From contig CAZHYN010000001.1 of assembly GCA_964536865.1 (NCBI GenBank), forward strand, positions 210,001 through 242,000: a DNA stretch of 32,000 bases, read 5' to 3'. Position 1 is the first letter of the stretch. Each line of letters starts with the position of its first letter. A program made the translations under genes and the position numbers. A model generated the notes under the pieces. The model was not told the DNA's origin. It ran no database searches and was given only the letters and a program-made list of their open reading frames with translations. This document shows, one piece after another, positions 6,708 through 15,050 of the stretch. The stretch comes from an uncultured Planctomycetia bacterium (GTDB lineage Bacteria; Omnitrophota; Gorgyraeia; Duberdicusellales; 4484-171).

Positions 6708-7592
6708 ATGAGAAAAGCCATCGCCTTAATTTTTAGCCTTTTAGTAATGGCAGTTCTATTTATAATTGGGCAGTCCTTTTTCACTCAGACCTTAAATGGA
6801 AGTAACTTAGTGAAAAGATATGTAACCTCCTTAAGAGCCTTTTGGGCAGCGGAGTCAGGAATTTCTAAAGGGATAGAAAAGTTAAAAGAATGTGTACAAA
6901 GTGGTGATTGCCAGGTAAGCGGGACTATAGATTATGAAAATGAGAGTTATTCCTATTCTGCTACTATTTCCGTATTAGATAGCCTAAATTATCGTATAGA
7001 TTCCTCAGGTTCTTTAGGTCAGATAACTAAGAATATTTCTGCAGTTGTAAGGTTGAGAGATATCGATGCTAATAATTTTCCTTATGCTATAGAGAGTCAG
7101 GGAGCGATTGAGGTAAAGGGAAGTGCTCAGATAACTCCTTCTGATAGTAAAAAGGAGAATAGCGATTTAGATTTTAAAAGTTTATTTGGTTTTACTAAGG
7201 ATGAACTAAAGAGTTATGCTACCTACTATTACCAGGATCCTCCCAATAATGTGGAGCCGGTTGAGGATATAACTTGGGTGGAGCTCTCTGAAGGAAAAGA
7301 ACTTAGGATTACTTCTAACAATTGGGAAGGTAGTGGCATTCTGATAATTAATGGGGATGCTAAAATAACAGGTGGGGAGTTTGAAGGAATAATTTATGTG
7401 ATTGGAGAGTTGGAAGTGCCTGCAGGCAATCCTACGGTAGAGGGGACCATTTTGGTAGAAGGAGACCCTTCAGAGACTACAAGTTTGAGAGGTAATTTTG
7501 AGTTAGACTACGATACAGAGGCAATAGATGAAGCCTTGAATAACTTAAGATATGTGGCTCCTCAAACTGTAGCTTGGTGGCAAACTTATTAG
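6708..7592 (+). CDS. PilX/GspK-like minor pilin, paralogue 2
   Basis: Same architecture as 5783..6685. The central 87 aa are identical, and the N- and C-terminal parts are roughly 40-65% identical by eye. Confidence 0.7.
   Translation: MRKAIALIFSLLVMAVLFIIGQSFFTQTLNGSNLVKRYVTSLRAFWAAESGISKGIEKLKECVQSGDCQVSGTIDYENESYSYSATISVLDSLNYRIDSSGSLGQITKNISAVVRLRDIDANNFPYAIESQGAIEVKGSAQITPSDSKKENSDLDFKSLFGFTKDELKSYATYYYQDPPNNVEPVEDITWVELSEGKELRITSNNWEGSGILIINGDAKITGGEFEGIIYVIGELEVPAGNPTVEGTILVEGDPSETTSLRGNFELDYDTEAIDEALNNLRYVAPQTVAWWQTY
6833..7093. repeat. 261-bp direct repeat, copy 2
   Basis: See copy 1; offset is 922 bp. Confidence 0.95.
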
Positions 7593-7607
7593 TACCAGGG
7601 GATTAAA

Positions 7608-7635
7608 TTGACTTTTTTCTTAATTAATGTAAGAT
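7608..7635 (+). promoter_or_regulatory. Possible promoter for the pilMNOPQ block
   Basis: TTGACT 7608-7613, 16-nt spacer, TAAGAT 7630-7635. The -10 is weak. Confidence 0.3.
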
Positions 7636-7636
7636 A

Positions 7637-7670
7637 GTTTAAAGGTGAAATTAGTTTAAAGGTGAAATTA
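7637..7670 (+). repeat. Perfect 17-bp tandem duplication (GTTTAAAGGTGAAATTA x2) spanning the pilM start
   Basis: 7637-7653 equals 7654-7670. The GTG in copy 2 (7662) opens pilM. The GTG in copy 1 (7645) reads MKLV-stop. Confidence 0.9.
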
Positions 7671-8672
7671 GCTCAGTTACTAAAAAAGAAAATTAGTGAA
7701 TGGAACGAAAAGACCAAAAGGCTATTTGCCTATGAAGAGAAAGATTTTGTTTCTCTTGACTTAGGAGCTAGGTACTTAAAGGGAGCTTTAGTTAAGGATG
7801 GTAAGATTGGGGAGTTATTTATAGAAAAAAAAGGAGAGTCAGCTTCAGCGATTGACTTTTTGAAGAGCAAAGGAGTCCTTTCTAAAGAAGTTAAATTTGC
7901 CATAAAAGGGCCTGAAACCCTTATAAGATATATTCCCTTCCCTAAAGTAGAGAAAGGTAAGTTAAAAGAGGTTTTTGGCTACGAACTATCAAAGTACATC
8001 CCTTTTTCTCCTGAGGATGTATACTTTGATATTTCTATCCTCGATGAGAATTATTCTAAAGATGAGTTTTTGATACTTCTTGCTGTAGCAAAGAAAGAGT
8101 TTATTGATTCTCTCCTTTCTCCTTTTCGAGAAAGAAAAGTGGAGGTTAAAGAGATTTCTCTGAGTAATTTAGCTCTCTTGAATCTTTTTTTTCACTGTAA
8201 AGAAAAAAAAGCTTCTAACACTGCTATAATAGATTTAGGGTTTTCTTCCACCCTTCTTAATCTAGTAAAGGGAGAAATGCCTTATTTAAGTAGAGAGATT
8301 AAAGTCGGTTGTTTTCACCTTATAGAGAAGATATCTTTAGTTAAGAATTTATCTCATGATAAGGCGGAGGAGTGGTTAGTTACCTCCTCCCAAGTTGACG
8401 AACTTCTTAAGATAGGAGAAGAGCCACTATGGGAACTTTCTCGAGAGGTAAAAAGTTCTCTCGATTACTTTGAGATGAATGTAGGAGAGAATGTAGAGGA
8501 GTTTTATCTTACGGGAGGAGCCTCTTCTGTAGAAAGTGTTAGAGAAGTGATTAGTAAGTCTTTAGGAGTTAAGTTAATTCTTTGGGATGTGGCAAAGACT
8601 TTAGATATAAAAGTTAAGAGCTTCTCTTTTCCTCTTCAAATGTTTTCTCCAGTGATAGGTTTAAGCCTATGA
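7662..8672 (+). CDS. pilM: PilM, actin-like pilus assembly ATPase-fold protein
   Basis: FVSLDLGARYLKGALV and AIIDLGFSSTLLNLV (two DxG phosphate motifs) and FYLTGGAS (adenosine motif). GTG start. ATGA overlap with the next gene. Confidence 0.85.
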   Translation: MKLAQLLKKKISEWNEKTKRLFAYEEKDFVSLDLGARYLKGALVKDGKIGELFIEKKGESASAIDFLKSKGVLSKEVKFAIKGPETLIRYIPFPKVEKGKLKEVFGYELSKYIPFSPEDVYFDISILDENYSKDEFLILLAVAKKEFIDSLLSPFRERKVEVKEISLSNLALLNLFFHCKEKKASNTAIIDLGFSSTLLNLVKGEMPYLSREIKVGCFHLIEKISLVKNLSHDKAEEWLVTSSQVDELLKIGEEPLWELSREVKSSLDYFEMNVGENVEEFYLTGGASSVESVREVISKSLGVKLILWDVAKTLDIKVKSFSFPLQMFSPVIGLSL

Positions 8673-9232
8673 AGAAGATATTTATTAATCTTTGTCCTGA
8701 GGGAGGAAAGAGAGAAAATAAAATACTCCTTTCTGCCCAAAAATACGCCTCTTTTGCCCTTCTGTTATTAATTTTATGTATAGGCATAAATGTTATATTT
8801 TTTGTGTTGGGAGCTTTTCTTCAGCTTCCCTATAGGAAATTAAGTGCTCGTTGGCAGCAACTAACTCCTCAAGTTAACTCTATTCTTTCCCTAAGGAAAG
8901 AAGTGCAAGCTCTAACTAAAGAGAGAGAGGAGTATAAGACTTTATTCCAAGAAAGTATTTCTCTCTCTAGAGTGTTTGCCGAAGTATATGAGTCACTTCC
9001 TAAAAATATTTGGTTTGAGACAATAAAGTTTAAAGGCGATGCTATTGAGTTTGTAGGATATGTAGTAAAGTGGAAAGAAGATTATTTTGATTCTCTAAAT
9101 AAATTTATTAAGAATTTAAAAAATAAGACTTACTTTAGTACTGTCTTTAAGAAAATTAATCTAAAAAACTCTCGCAAAGGCAGGATAGCTAGTAGAGAAA
9201 TTTTAAAATTTGAAGTAGAATGCAAAAAATGA
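8669..9232 (+). CDS. pilN: PilN-like assembly protein
   Basis: N-terminal INLCP (PilN INLLP-type PilM-binding motif), a single TM helix, and position after pilM. Confidence 0.75.
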   Translation: MKKIFINLCPEGGKRENKILLSAQKYASFALLLLILCIGINVIFFVLGAFLQLPYRKLSARWQQLTPQVNSILSLRKEVQALTKEREEYKTLFQESISLSRVFAEVYESLPKNIWFETIKFKGDAIEFVGYVVKWKEDYFDSLNKFIKNLKNKTYFSTVFKKINLKNSRKGRIASREILKFEVECKK

Positions 9233-9765
9233 AGCTTGACAAACGCATTCTTATTGTTATTGTTTACGTTGCACTATTTCTAGAAATAATTTGGTTTACT
9301 CCTTTTCAAATAAAGAAATTTATTCACCTTTCTTCCGAAGTTGGAAGATTGAGAAAGAATATAGTTCAGTTTAGTAACCAAAAAAATTATCAGCAGAACC
9401 TTTTGTCTCGCAAGAAGGAAATAAGTAGGGAGATTATAGAGCTTAAAAGTAAAATCATTGCCCCTCAAGATGTCTCTGTCTTGCAAGCTTACCTTTCTCG
9501 AAAAGCAAAAGAGAATAGGTTAGATATAGAGGAGATAAGTCCTAGCTCACCTCGGGAATATAAGATTACCTCCCAAGGCAAGTTTTTAGCTTTACCTATT
9601 GATATAATTTTAGAGGCTGACTTCCATAGTCTAGCTAGATTTCTCGATGACTTAGAAAAAGGAGACTACTTTTTAGCTCCTAAAGAAATGGAGGTAATAG
9701 GAGCAAAACCTTATCACAGAGTAAATTTAGAACTTTACGCTCTTATCAAGGAGGGAGGGTGGTAA
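9220..9765 (+). CDS. pilO: PilO-like assembly protein
   Basis: Single N-terminal TM, a coiled-coil segment and a C-terminal mixed alpha/beta region; synteny pilM-N-O. An alternative in-frame ATG at 9229 makes an ATGA overlap with pilN. Confidence 0.65.
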   Translation: MQKMKLDKRILIVIVYVALFLEIIWFTPFQIKKFIHLSSEVGRLRKNIVQFSNQKNYQQNLLSRKKEISREIIELKSKIIAPQDVSVLQAYLSRKAKENRLDIEEISPSSPREYKITSQGKFLALPIDIILEADFHSLARFLDDLEKGDYFLAPKEMEVIGAKPYHRVNLELYALIKEGGW

Positions 9766-10097
9766 AAGTAGCAGTGTTTTTTTTAATTCTTATTCTTACC
9801 ATAGGAGCTTATGCTCAGGAGTTTAAATACCCTTATAATCCGCTTACTGAAAGAGATCCCTTGCGTCCTCTTATAGATGAGGAAGGTAACATCTTAATAA
9901 AAGAGAAAAAAGAAGGTAGCTCTTTTATCCTCCAGGGAATAATTTATTCTCCACAAGGCAGTGTAGTAATAATAAATAACGAACTTTTCCATGAAGGAGA
10001 TATACTAATGGAGCAATTTAAGGTAAAGAAAATAGAAAGTAATGGAGTAGTTTTAGAAAAAGATGGGGAAGAATATTTTTTAAAATGGGAGGGATAA
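9759..10097 (+). CDS. Small secreted protein in the PilP position with GspB (T2SSB)-like C-terminal domain
   Basis: GTG start after GGAGGGA. Sec signal MVKVAVFFLILILTIGAYA|QE with no lipobox Cys. C-terminus ILQGIIYSPQGSVVIINNELFHEGDIL...VKKIESNGVVLEKDGEEYFL parallels the C-terminus of ORF 12252..12668. Confidence 0.55.
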   Translation: MVKVAVFFLILILTIGAYAQEFKYPYNPLTERDPLRPLIDEEGNILIKEKKEGSSFILQGIIYSPQGSVVIINNELFHEGDILMEQFKVKKIESNGVVLEKDGEEYFLKWEG

Positions 10098-10098
10098 G

Positions 10099-11451
10099 AT
10101 GAAAAAAGAAGTCATTTTAATTTTTACGATAATGTTTAGTATATTATTTTTAAACCTTTTTGTTTTTGCTCAGGAAGGGAGGATTTCTTCCTTAAAGTTT
10201 AGAGATGCTGATATTCGGGTGGTTCTTCAGGCGATTACCCAGAAAGCAGTAAAGAATGGGGTTAAAGTAAACATTATTATCTCCCCTCAAGTAAAAGGCC
10301 CGGTTACAGTTGACCTAGAGAATGTAGATTGGCAAACTGCTTTAGATGCAGTATTGAAAACCTATGACTATGGATACGAGTGGGTAGGCAAGAACATAAT
10401 TCTAGTAGATACTTTGGATAATTTAGCTAAAAGAAGAAAGAAAGTTCAGGAGGCTCAGGTTGCCGAACCCTTAGCTACCAGAGTTTTTACTCTTAATTTT
10501 GCTAAGGTTGAGGAGATAAAGGATACTCTGGAGAAATTATTAACTCCTAAAGGTAAGTTAACTTATGATAAAAGAACAAATACTTTGGTGGTAACTGATA
10601 CCCAGTCTAGCTTTTACGCCTTAGAAGAGACCATTAAGGCTTTAGATGAAATAACTCCTCAGGTTTTAATTGAGGCAAAGATTTTAGAAACCGATTTAGA
10701 TGTTACTAACAAGTTAGGGATAAACTGGAACATTCAAGGTACTATCTCAGGAAGTAAACGGGTTCACACCTGGCCCTTTACTAAGCATTCAGAGAATAAA
10801 TATTTAAGGGGAGATGATATTCCTAGCGTTTCCAGTGTACACTCAACCCTTTCTGATGTATTTGCTTTCGGTACTTTAGATACTTCTTCATTGTCGGCAG
10901 TATTAGAGATTATTTTTAATGATACCAGTACTAAAATACTGTCTACACCCAAAATTACTACCATGGATAACCATACCGCTACTATTGATGTTATAACCGA
11001 AGACCCTGTACCTAATTATACTTATAACTCTGAAAGAGGAAGCTGGGAGATATCTGGTTACGAATGGGTAAAGTATGGGGTATCTTTAGAGGTGACCCCT
11101 CAGATAAATAAAGAAGGATTCGTTACTTTAGCGATAAAACCCAGGGTGAGTGAGAATCTTGGTGATAAAGAGTTTACTTCTTCTTCTGGAGCTGTGGCTC
11201 AGATACCTAGGCTTTACACTCAGACCACTTCCACGAGAGTAATGATAAAAGATGGAGAGACTTTAGTAATTGGAGGATTGGTCAGAGATAAAGTAGTAGA
11301 TACTGTTAACAAAATTCCCCTCTTAGGGGATATTCCTATTCTTGGGTATTTCTTTAAACACAGAAGTAAAACCACAGAGAAAAAGAATCTTTTGATCTTT
11401 ATTACTCCCAGGATAGTTACTCCTCAGAAAGAGACAGCCAGTGCTAAATAA
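10099..11451 (+). CDS. pilQ: Secretin (PilQ/GspD family), short form
   Basis: Signal peptide ...FLNLFVFA|QE, N0/N1-like domains, and a secretin C-domain ending KIPLLGDIPILGYFFKHRSKTTEKKNLLIFITPRIV. Confidence 0.9.
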   Translation: MKKEVILIFTIMFSILFLNLFVFAQEGRISSLKFRDADIRVVLQAITQKAVKNGVKVNIIISPQVKGPVTVDLENVDWQTALDAVLKTYDYGYEWVGKNIILVDTLDNLAKRRKKVQEAQVAEPLATRVFTLNFAKVEEIKDTLEKLLTPKGKLTYDKRTNTLVVTDTQSSFYALEETIKALDEITPQVLIEAKILETDLDVTNKLGINWNIQGTISGSKRVHTWPFTKHSENKYLRGDDIPSVSSVHSTLSDVFAFGTLDTSSLSAVLEIIFNDTSTKILSTPKITTMDNHTATIDVITEDPVPNYTYNSERGSWEISGYEWVKYGVSLEVTPQINKEGFVTLAIKPRVSENLGDKEFTSSSGAVAQIPRLYTQTTSTRVMIKDGETLVIGGLVRDKVVDTVNKIPLLGDIPILGYFFKHRSKTTEKKNLLIFITPRIVTPQKETASAK

Positions 11452-11457
11452 GATATT

Positions 11458-12255
11458 ATGTATCTTGATTTCTATGGCTTAAAGCAGGTCCCTTTCAGTA
11501 TTACTTCTGATCCTCAATTTTTCTTTGAGAGTTCTTCTCATCGAGAAGCTTTAGCTACTCTCCTTTATGGAATAAGAGAGAAGAAAGGGATAATTTTAAT
11601 TACAGGAGAGGTAGGAACAGGCAAAACCACTCTTTGTAAGGCTCTTCTTGATAAGTTAGATCATAATATAAAAACTTCTTTGATTTTAAATCCTTTCTTC
11701 AGCTCTGTGCAACTCATTCAGGCTATAATTGAGGATTTCGGTATACATCCGGATAAGAAAAGTAAGTTAGCTCTTATAAATAATTTAAATAGTTTTCTTA
11801 TAGATATTACTCTTAAAGGAGGAGGGGCGGTTGTTATAGTTGATGAGGCTCAAAATTTAACTCCCAATCAGCTTGAGCAAATAAGACTACTTTCTAATTT
11901 AGAGACATCTAAAGAAAAACTTTTACAGATAGTTTTGGTAGGTCAACCTGAGATTATAGAAAAACTTAACCAGCCTCGGTTAAGACAGATACGTCAGAGG
12001 ATTTTTGTAAAGTATAGTCTTTCTCCTTTAAGAGAGGAAGAGATAGCTGAGTACGTAAATTTTAGACTCAAAAAAGCAGGGCAGGCAGATGTTAAAATTT
12101 TACCCCAAAGTTATAAAATTATCTATCAGTTCTCAAAAGGAATCCCCCGGCTTATCAATATCCTCTGTGATAGAGCCTTGCTTTTCGGATTTGCTAAAGA
12201 AAAAAAAGTCCTAGATGAAGAGGTGTTCAGAATCTGTGTAGAGGAGCTTATATGA
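11458..12255 (+). CDS. GspA/ExeA/MshM-family AAA+ ATPase
   Basis: N-terminal FYGLKQVPF signature, Walker A GEVGTGKT, Walker B VVIVDEAQ. 265 aa with no TM or peptidoglycan-binding extension. Confidence 0.8.
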   Translation: MYLDFYGLKQVPFSITSDPQFFFESSSHREALATLLYGIREKKGIILITGEVGTGKTTLCKALLDKLDHNIKTSLILNPFFSSVQLIQAIIEDFGIHPDKKSKLALINNLNSFLIDITLKGGGAVVIVDEAQNLTPNQLEQIRLLSNLETSKEKLLQIVLVGQPEIIEKLNQPRLRQIRQRIFVKYSLSPLREEEIAEYVNFRLKKAGQADVKILPQSYKIIYQFSKGIPRLINILCDRALLFGFAKEKKVLDEEVFRICVEELI

Positions 12256-12668
12256 GTATAATCTATGATGCTTTAAAAAAAATAGAAAAGAAGCACTTCC
12301 AGAGTTCTCCTGTAAAGTTCAAAAAAAAGTTAGTTATTTTTCTCTCTGGTTTGGGTGTTGTATGTTTAGTTTTCCTAGCAGTTTATTTAAAGATTAATCA
12401 TTCTAAATTGACTAAGGATTCTGTAAAAAAAATGACAAATAGTAAAACAGTTCTTTCTAGGAAAATTTCCCAAAAAAGAAAAAGGCAGGAGAAAACTTAT
12501 ATTCTGGAAGGTATTATCTATGATGAAAAGGCCCCTCTAGCGATGATTAATGGGAGGATGGTAAAAGAAAAGGATAAGATAGGTAACTTAGAAGTAATGG
12601 AAATCTCTCCAAATTCTGTGAAATTACTTAACTTAGAAGATAAAACTATTTTTACCCTTTCTTTTTAA
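12252..12668 (+). CDS. GspB/ExeB-like membrane protein (T2SSB-like C-terminal domain)
   Basis: ATGA overlap with the AAA+ gene, one TM (LVIFLSGLGVVCLVFLAVYL), and C-terminus ILEGIIYDEKAPLAMINGRMVKEKDKIGNLEVMEISPNSVKLL. Confidence 0.6.
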   Translation: MSIIYDALKKIEKKHFQSSPVKFKKKLVIFLSGLGVVCLVFLAVYLKINHSKLTKDSVKKMTNSKTVLSRKISQKRKRQEKTYILEGIIYDEKAPLAMINGRMVKEKDKIGNLEVMEISPNSVKLLNLEDKTIFTLSF

Positions 12669-12722
12669 TTCAAATCTTAGAATTTTACCTTCTCATTCCT
12701 CAAATAATTTTTGATTTATGTA

Positions 12723-12751
12723 TTGACTTTTTTTCTTGGTAATAGTAAAAT
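12723..12751 (+). promoter_or_regulatory. Promoter candidate (TTGACT-17-TAAAAT) whose -10 lies inside a perfect 14-bp palindrome
   Basis: TTGACT 12723-12728; TAAAAT 12746-12751. The palindrome AGTAAAATTTTACT spans 12744-12757. AAATTTTACTA is repeated at 12748-12758 and 12762-12772. Confidence 0.5.
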
Positions 12752-12847
12752 TTTACTAATTAAATTTTACTATTTTATGGTTAAGATATATAACAATATA
12801 TAAGAGAGGTAAATCTTCATGAAAATGACTGGGGAGGTGTCTAAGAG

Positions 12848-14380
12848 TTGAATATTCACCAAGCTCTGATAGAGCAGGCAAGAGATTATCCTCAAAAGCC
12901 TGCCATTATTTTCAAAGATGAGAAGATAAATTTCTGTCAGTTGAAGGATAACTCTTTTAAGGTAGCGAACTATCTTCGTAGTTTAGGCATAGAAAGTAAT
13001 AAAAAAGTTGCTATTTTTCTTCCTAATGCCCTTGAAGCAGTCTATAGTTATCTTGGTGTTTTAATCCTTGGTGCAGTTTTGGTTCCCTTCGATTTTATGC
13101 TTACTGAGGAGGAGTTAATTCATCTTATTAACCATGCTGAGGCAGAAATTTTAATTACCCAGATTAAAAAGGATATAGATTTAAAAAATGTGAAAAAGAG
13201 TTGCCCTAACCTAAAAAGAATAATTCTTTGTAAAGAAAAAATAGATGGGTTTTACCTCTGGCAAGATATCTTAAAAAAATCTTCTTCCAAAGAGCCCCCT
13301 TTTTTTTATGAACCTGCCCAAACCGCCTGTATTCTGTATACATCTGGCTCAACCGGACACCCTAAGGGAGTAGAACTTACCTTTAATCATTTAAATGTTC
13401 CTCTAAAGACTGTAGATTATTTTTTAAAACTTTCTTCCTCAGATATACTTCTCTGTGGAGGAGTCCCCTTTTCTCACTTAGGAGGGCTGGATTATATACT
13501 TGTTATGGTTGCAAGAGCCTCTACCCTTATTTTAATGGAAAGGTTTAAGCCTTATCAATTTCTTTTAAATGCACAAGAATATAAAGTTACTGCTTTCTGG
13601 GTTGTTCCTTCTATGTATACAGCAATTTTATCTTTAAAAGAATATGAGAAATTTAATTTACCTCATCTAAGGTATGCAGTTGTCTTTGGCGCATCCTCTT
13701 CTCCTCATCTTTTAAAAAAATTTCACAGAATTGCACCAAATGCTTTTCTTTTAAATGGATGGGGAATGACCGAGACCTCAGCTCCTAACTGTGTTGTGCC
13801 TCCCGGGATAGATAAAATTGAAAGTATAGGAAAGTTTTTTAATATGGAGGCAAAAATAGTTGATGAGGAAGGAAGGGCGTTAGGAGCTAATGAGAAAGGT
13901 GAGTTATGGGTAAGGGGTGAAGGGGTTATGAAAGGATATTTTAAAGAACCTCTTCTTACTCAAGAAGTTTTAACTTGCGATGGATGGCTTAAGACAGGAG
14001 ATATTGCTTATTATGATAGCCAAGGCTTTTTTTATATTGTGGGAAGGAAAAAAGATATGATTAAAGTAGGAGGGGAAGTTGTTTTTTCCTCTGAGGTGGA
14101 AGAAAAGATTTTGCTTCATCCTGAAGTAAAAGAGGCAGCAGTAATCGGGGTTCCTGATAGATTAAGGGGTGAGGTTCCCAAAGCATTTGTTGTATTAAAA
14201 AAGAATGAGAAATTGCCTCAAGCAGAATTAAAAGAATTTTTAAAAAAACATTTAGCCCATTTTAAAATCCCTCATTATATTGAATTCAGAAAAAAGCTTC
14301 CTAAGACACGTTCAGGTAAAATTGATAAAAAAAGACTAAAAGATGAAGAAAGTTCATCTCACACCAGAAATTATCTTTAA
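12848..14380 (+). CDS. AMP-dependent synthetase/ligase (acyl-CoA synthetase, FadD-like)
   Basis: TTG start 7 nt after GGGGAGGTG. AMP-binding motif YTSGSTGHPKGV, plus GWGMTET, GDIAYYDSQGFFYIVGRKKDMIKVGG and PKTRSGKIDKK. Confidence 0.9.
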   Translation: MNIHQALIEQARDYPQKPAIIFKDEKINFCQLKDNSFKVANYLRSLGIESNKKVAIFLPNALEAVYSYLGVLILGAVLVPFDFMLTEEELIHLINHAEAEILITQIKKDIDLKNVKKSCPNLKRIILCKEKIDGFYLWQDILKKSSSKEPPFFYEPAQTACILYTSGSTGHPKGVELTFNHLNVPLKTVDYFLKLSSSDILLCGGVPFSHLGGLDYILVMVARASTLILMERFKPYQFLLNAQEYKVTAFWVVPSMYTAILSLKEYEKFNLPHLRYAVVFGASSSPHLLKKFHRIAPNAFLLNGWGMTETSAPNCVVPPGIDKIESIGKFFNMEAKIVDEEGRALGANEKGELWVRGEGVMKGYFKEPLLTQEVLTCDGWLKTGDIAYYDSQGFFYIVGRKKDMIKVGGEVVFSSEVEEKILLHPEVKEAAVIGVPDRLRGEVPKAFVVLKKNEKLPQAELKEFLKKHLAHFKIPHYIEFRKKLPKTRSGKIDKKRLKDEESSSHTRNYL

Positions 14381-15050
14381 ACTTTATAATATAAAGAAAC
14401 CTGAAAAGATAGACTTTGCTTTTAGTTTTGATTATAAAAACTTGGCTTTAAAATCCTTGACTTGTTTTAAAAATCCTGAAAAAATTATAAATTTCTCTGG
14501 ATTGGTCTTCTGGCAGGCAGATTATAAAGATAAAAAAATTATTATCTCTTATGGAGGAAGTTACGCTCCTGATACCGCTATAGGAACTGAACTTTTATGT
14601 TTTTTGGAAGCAGGAAAGATTTTACGTATCGGTTTATGTGGAGGATTAAAAAAGGAGATGGAAATAGGAGATTTAATTGTTGCTGATTCTATTTTAGATT
14701 ATACAGGAGTTACTAAGTTTTATCCGGCAAAATTAAAAATTAGCTTTTCATTAAACGAGAGAATAAAAAAGATTTTTAAAGAATATAAAATTTATTGTGG
14801 AAAAGTCTGCTCTACCGATGCTTTATTTAGAGAGACAAAAGATTTTATAAAAAAAATAAAAGATAAAAGTTGTATAGCGATTGAGATGGCATTATCAAGT
14901 TTTTTTAAAGTAGCTAGTTTCTATAAGAAAGAAGCAAGTTCTCTTTTGGTGATAAGTGATAATTTAATTACACAAAATTTAGGATTTAGAGAAAAAAAAC
15001 TTTTTGAAAGATTAAATATAGTTATAAAAAAGATACCCCAGTTTCTATGA
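14343..15050 (+). CDS. Nucleoside phosphorylase superfamily (PNP_UDP_1-like) protein
   Basis: GGSYAPDTA..., RIGLCGGL...IGDLIVADS and CIAIEMALSS...LLVISDN fit the PNP/UDP/MTAN fold pattern. Overlaps the ligase gene by 38 nt. Specificity unknown. Confidence 0.6.
   Translation: MKKVHLTPEIIFKLYNIKKPEKIDFAFSFDYKNLALKSLTCFKNPEKIINFSGLVFWQADYKDKKIIISYGGSYAPDTAIGTELLCFLEAGKILRIGLCGGLKKEMEIGDLIVADSILDYTGVTKFYPAKLKISFSLNERIKKIFKEYKIYCGKVCSTDALFRETKDFIKKIKDKSCIAIEMALSSFFKVASFYKKEASSLLVISDNLITQNLGFREKKLFERLNIVIKKIPQFL

Noticed and set aside
5911-7093. The 261-bp repeat as a diversity-generating retroelement template/variable repeat pair, or as a CRISPR-like repeat.
   Set aside because: The copies are identical, with no adenine-specific differences. 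No reverse transcriptase gene is present, and there are only two copies, both in frame inside paralogous genes. Gene conversion explains it better.
9777-9784. T8 and A8 homopolymer runs inside coding regions (9777-9784; A8 near 8208-8215; A-rich run near 17696-17710) as phase-variation switches.
   Set aside because: Runs of this length are expected by chance in coding DNA with about 35% GC that is rich in Lys and Phe codons. Nothing else marks them as contingency loci.
12819-12851. A 10-codon upstream ORF (MKMTGEVSKS) whose TGA overlaps the TTG start of the acyl-CoA ligase, considered as a leader peptide.
   Set aside because: It is very short and has no regulatory codon pattern. The GGGGAGGTG inside it is better explained as the SD for the TTG start at 12848. 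It cannot be distinguished from chance without conservation data.
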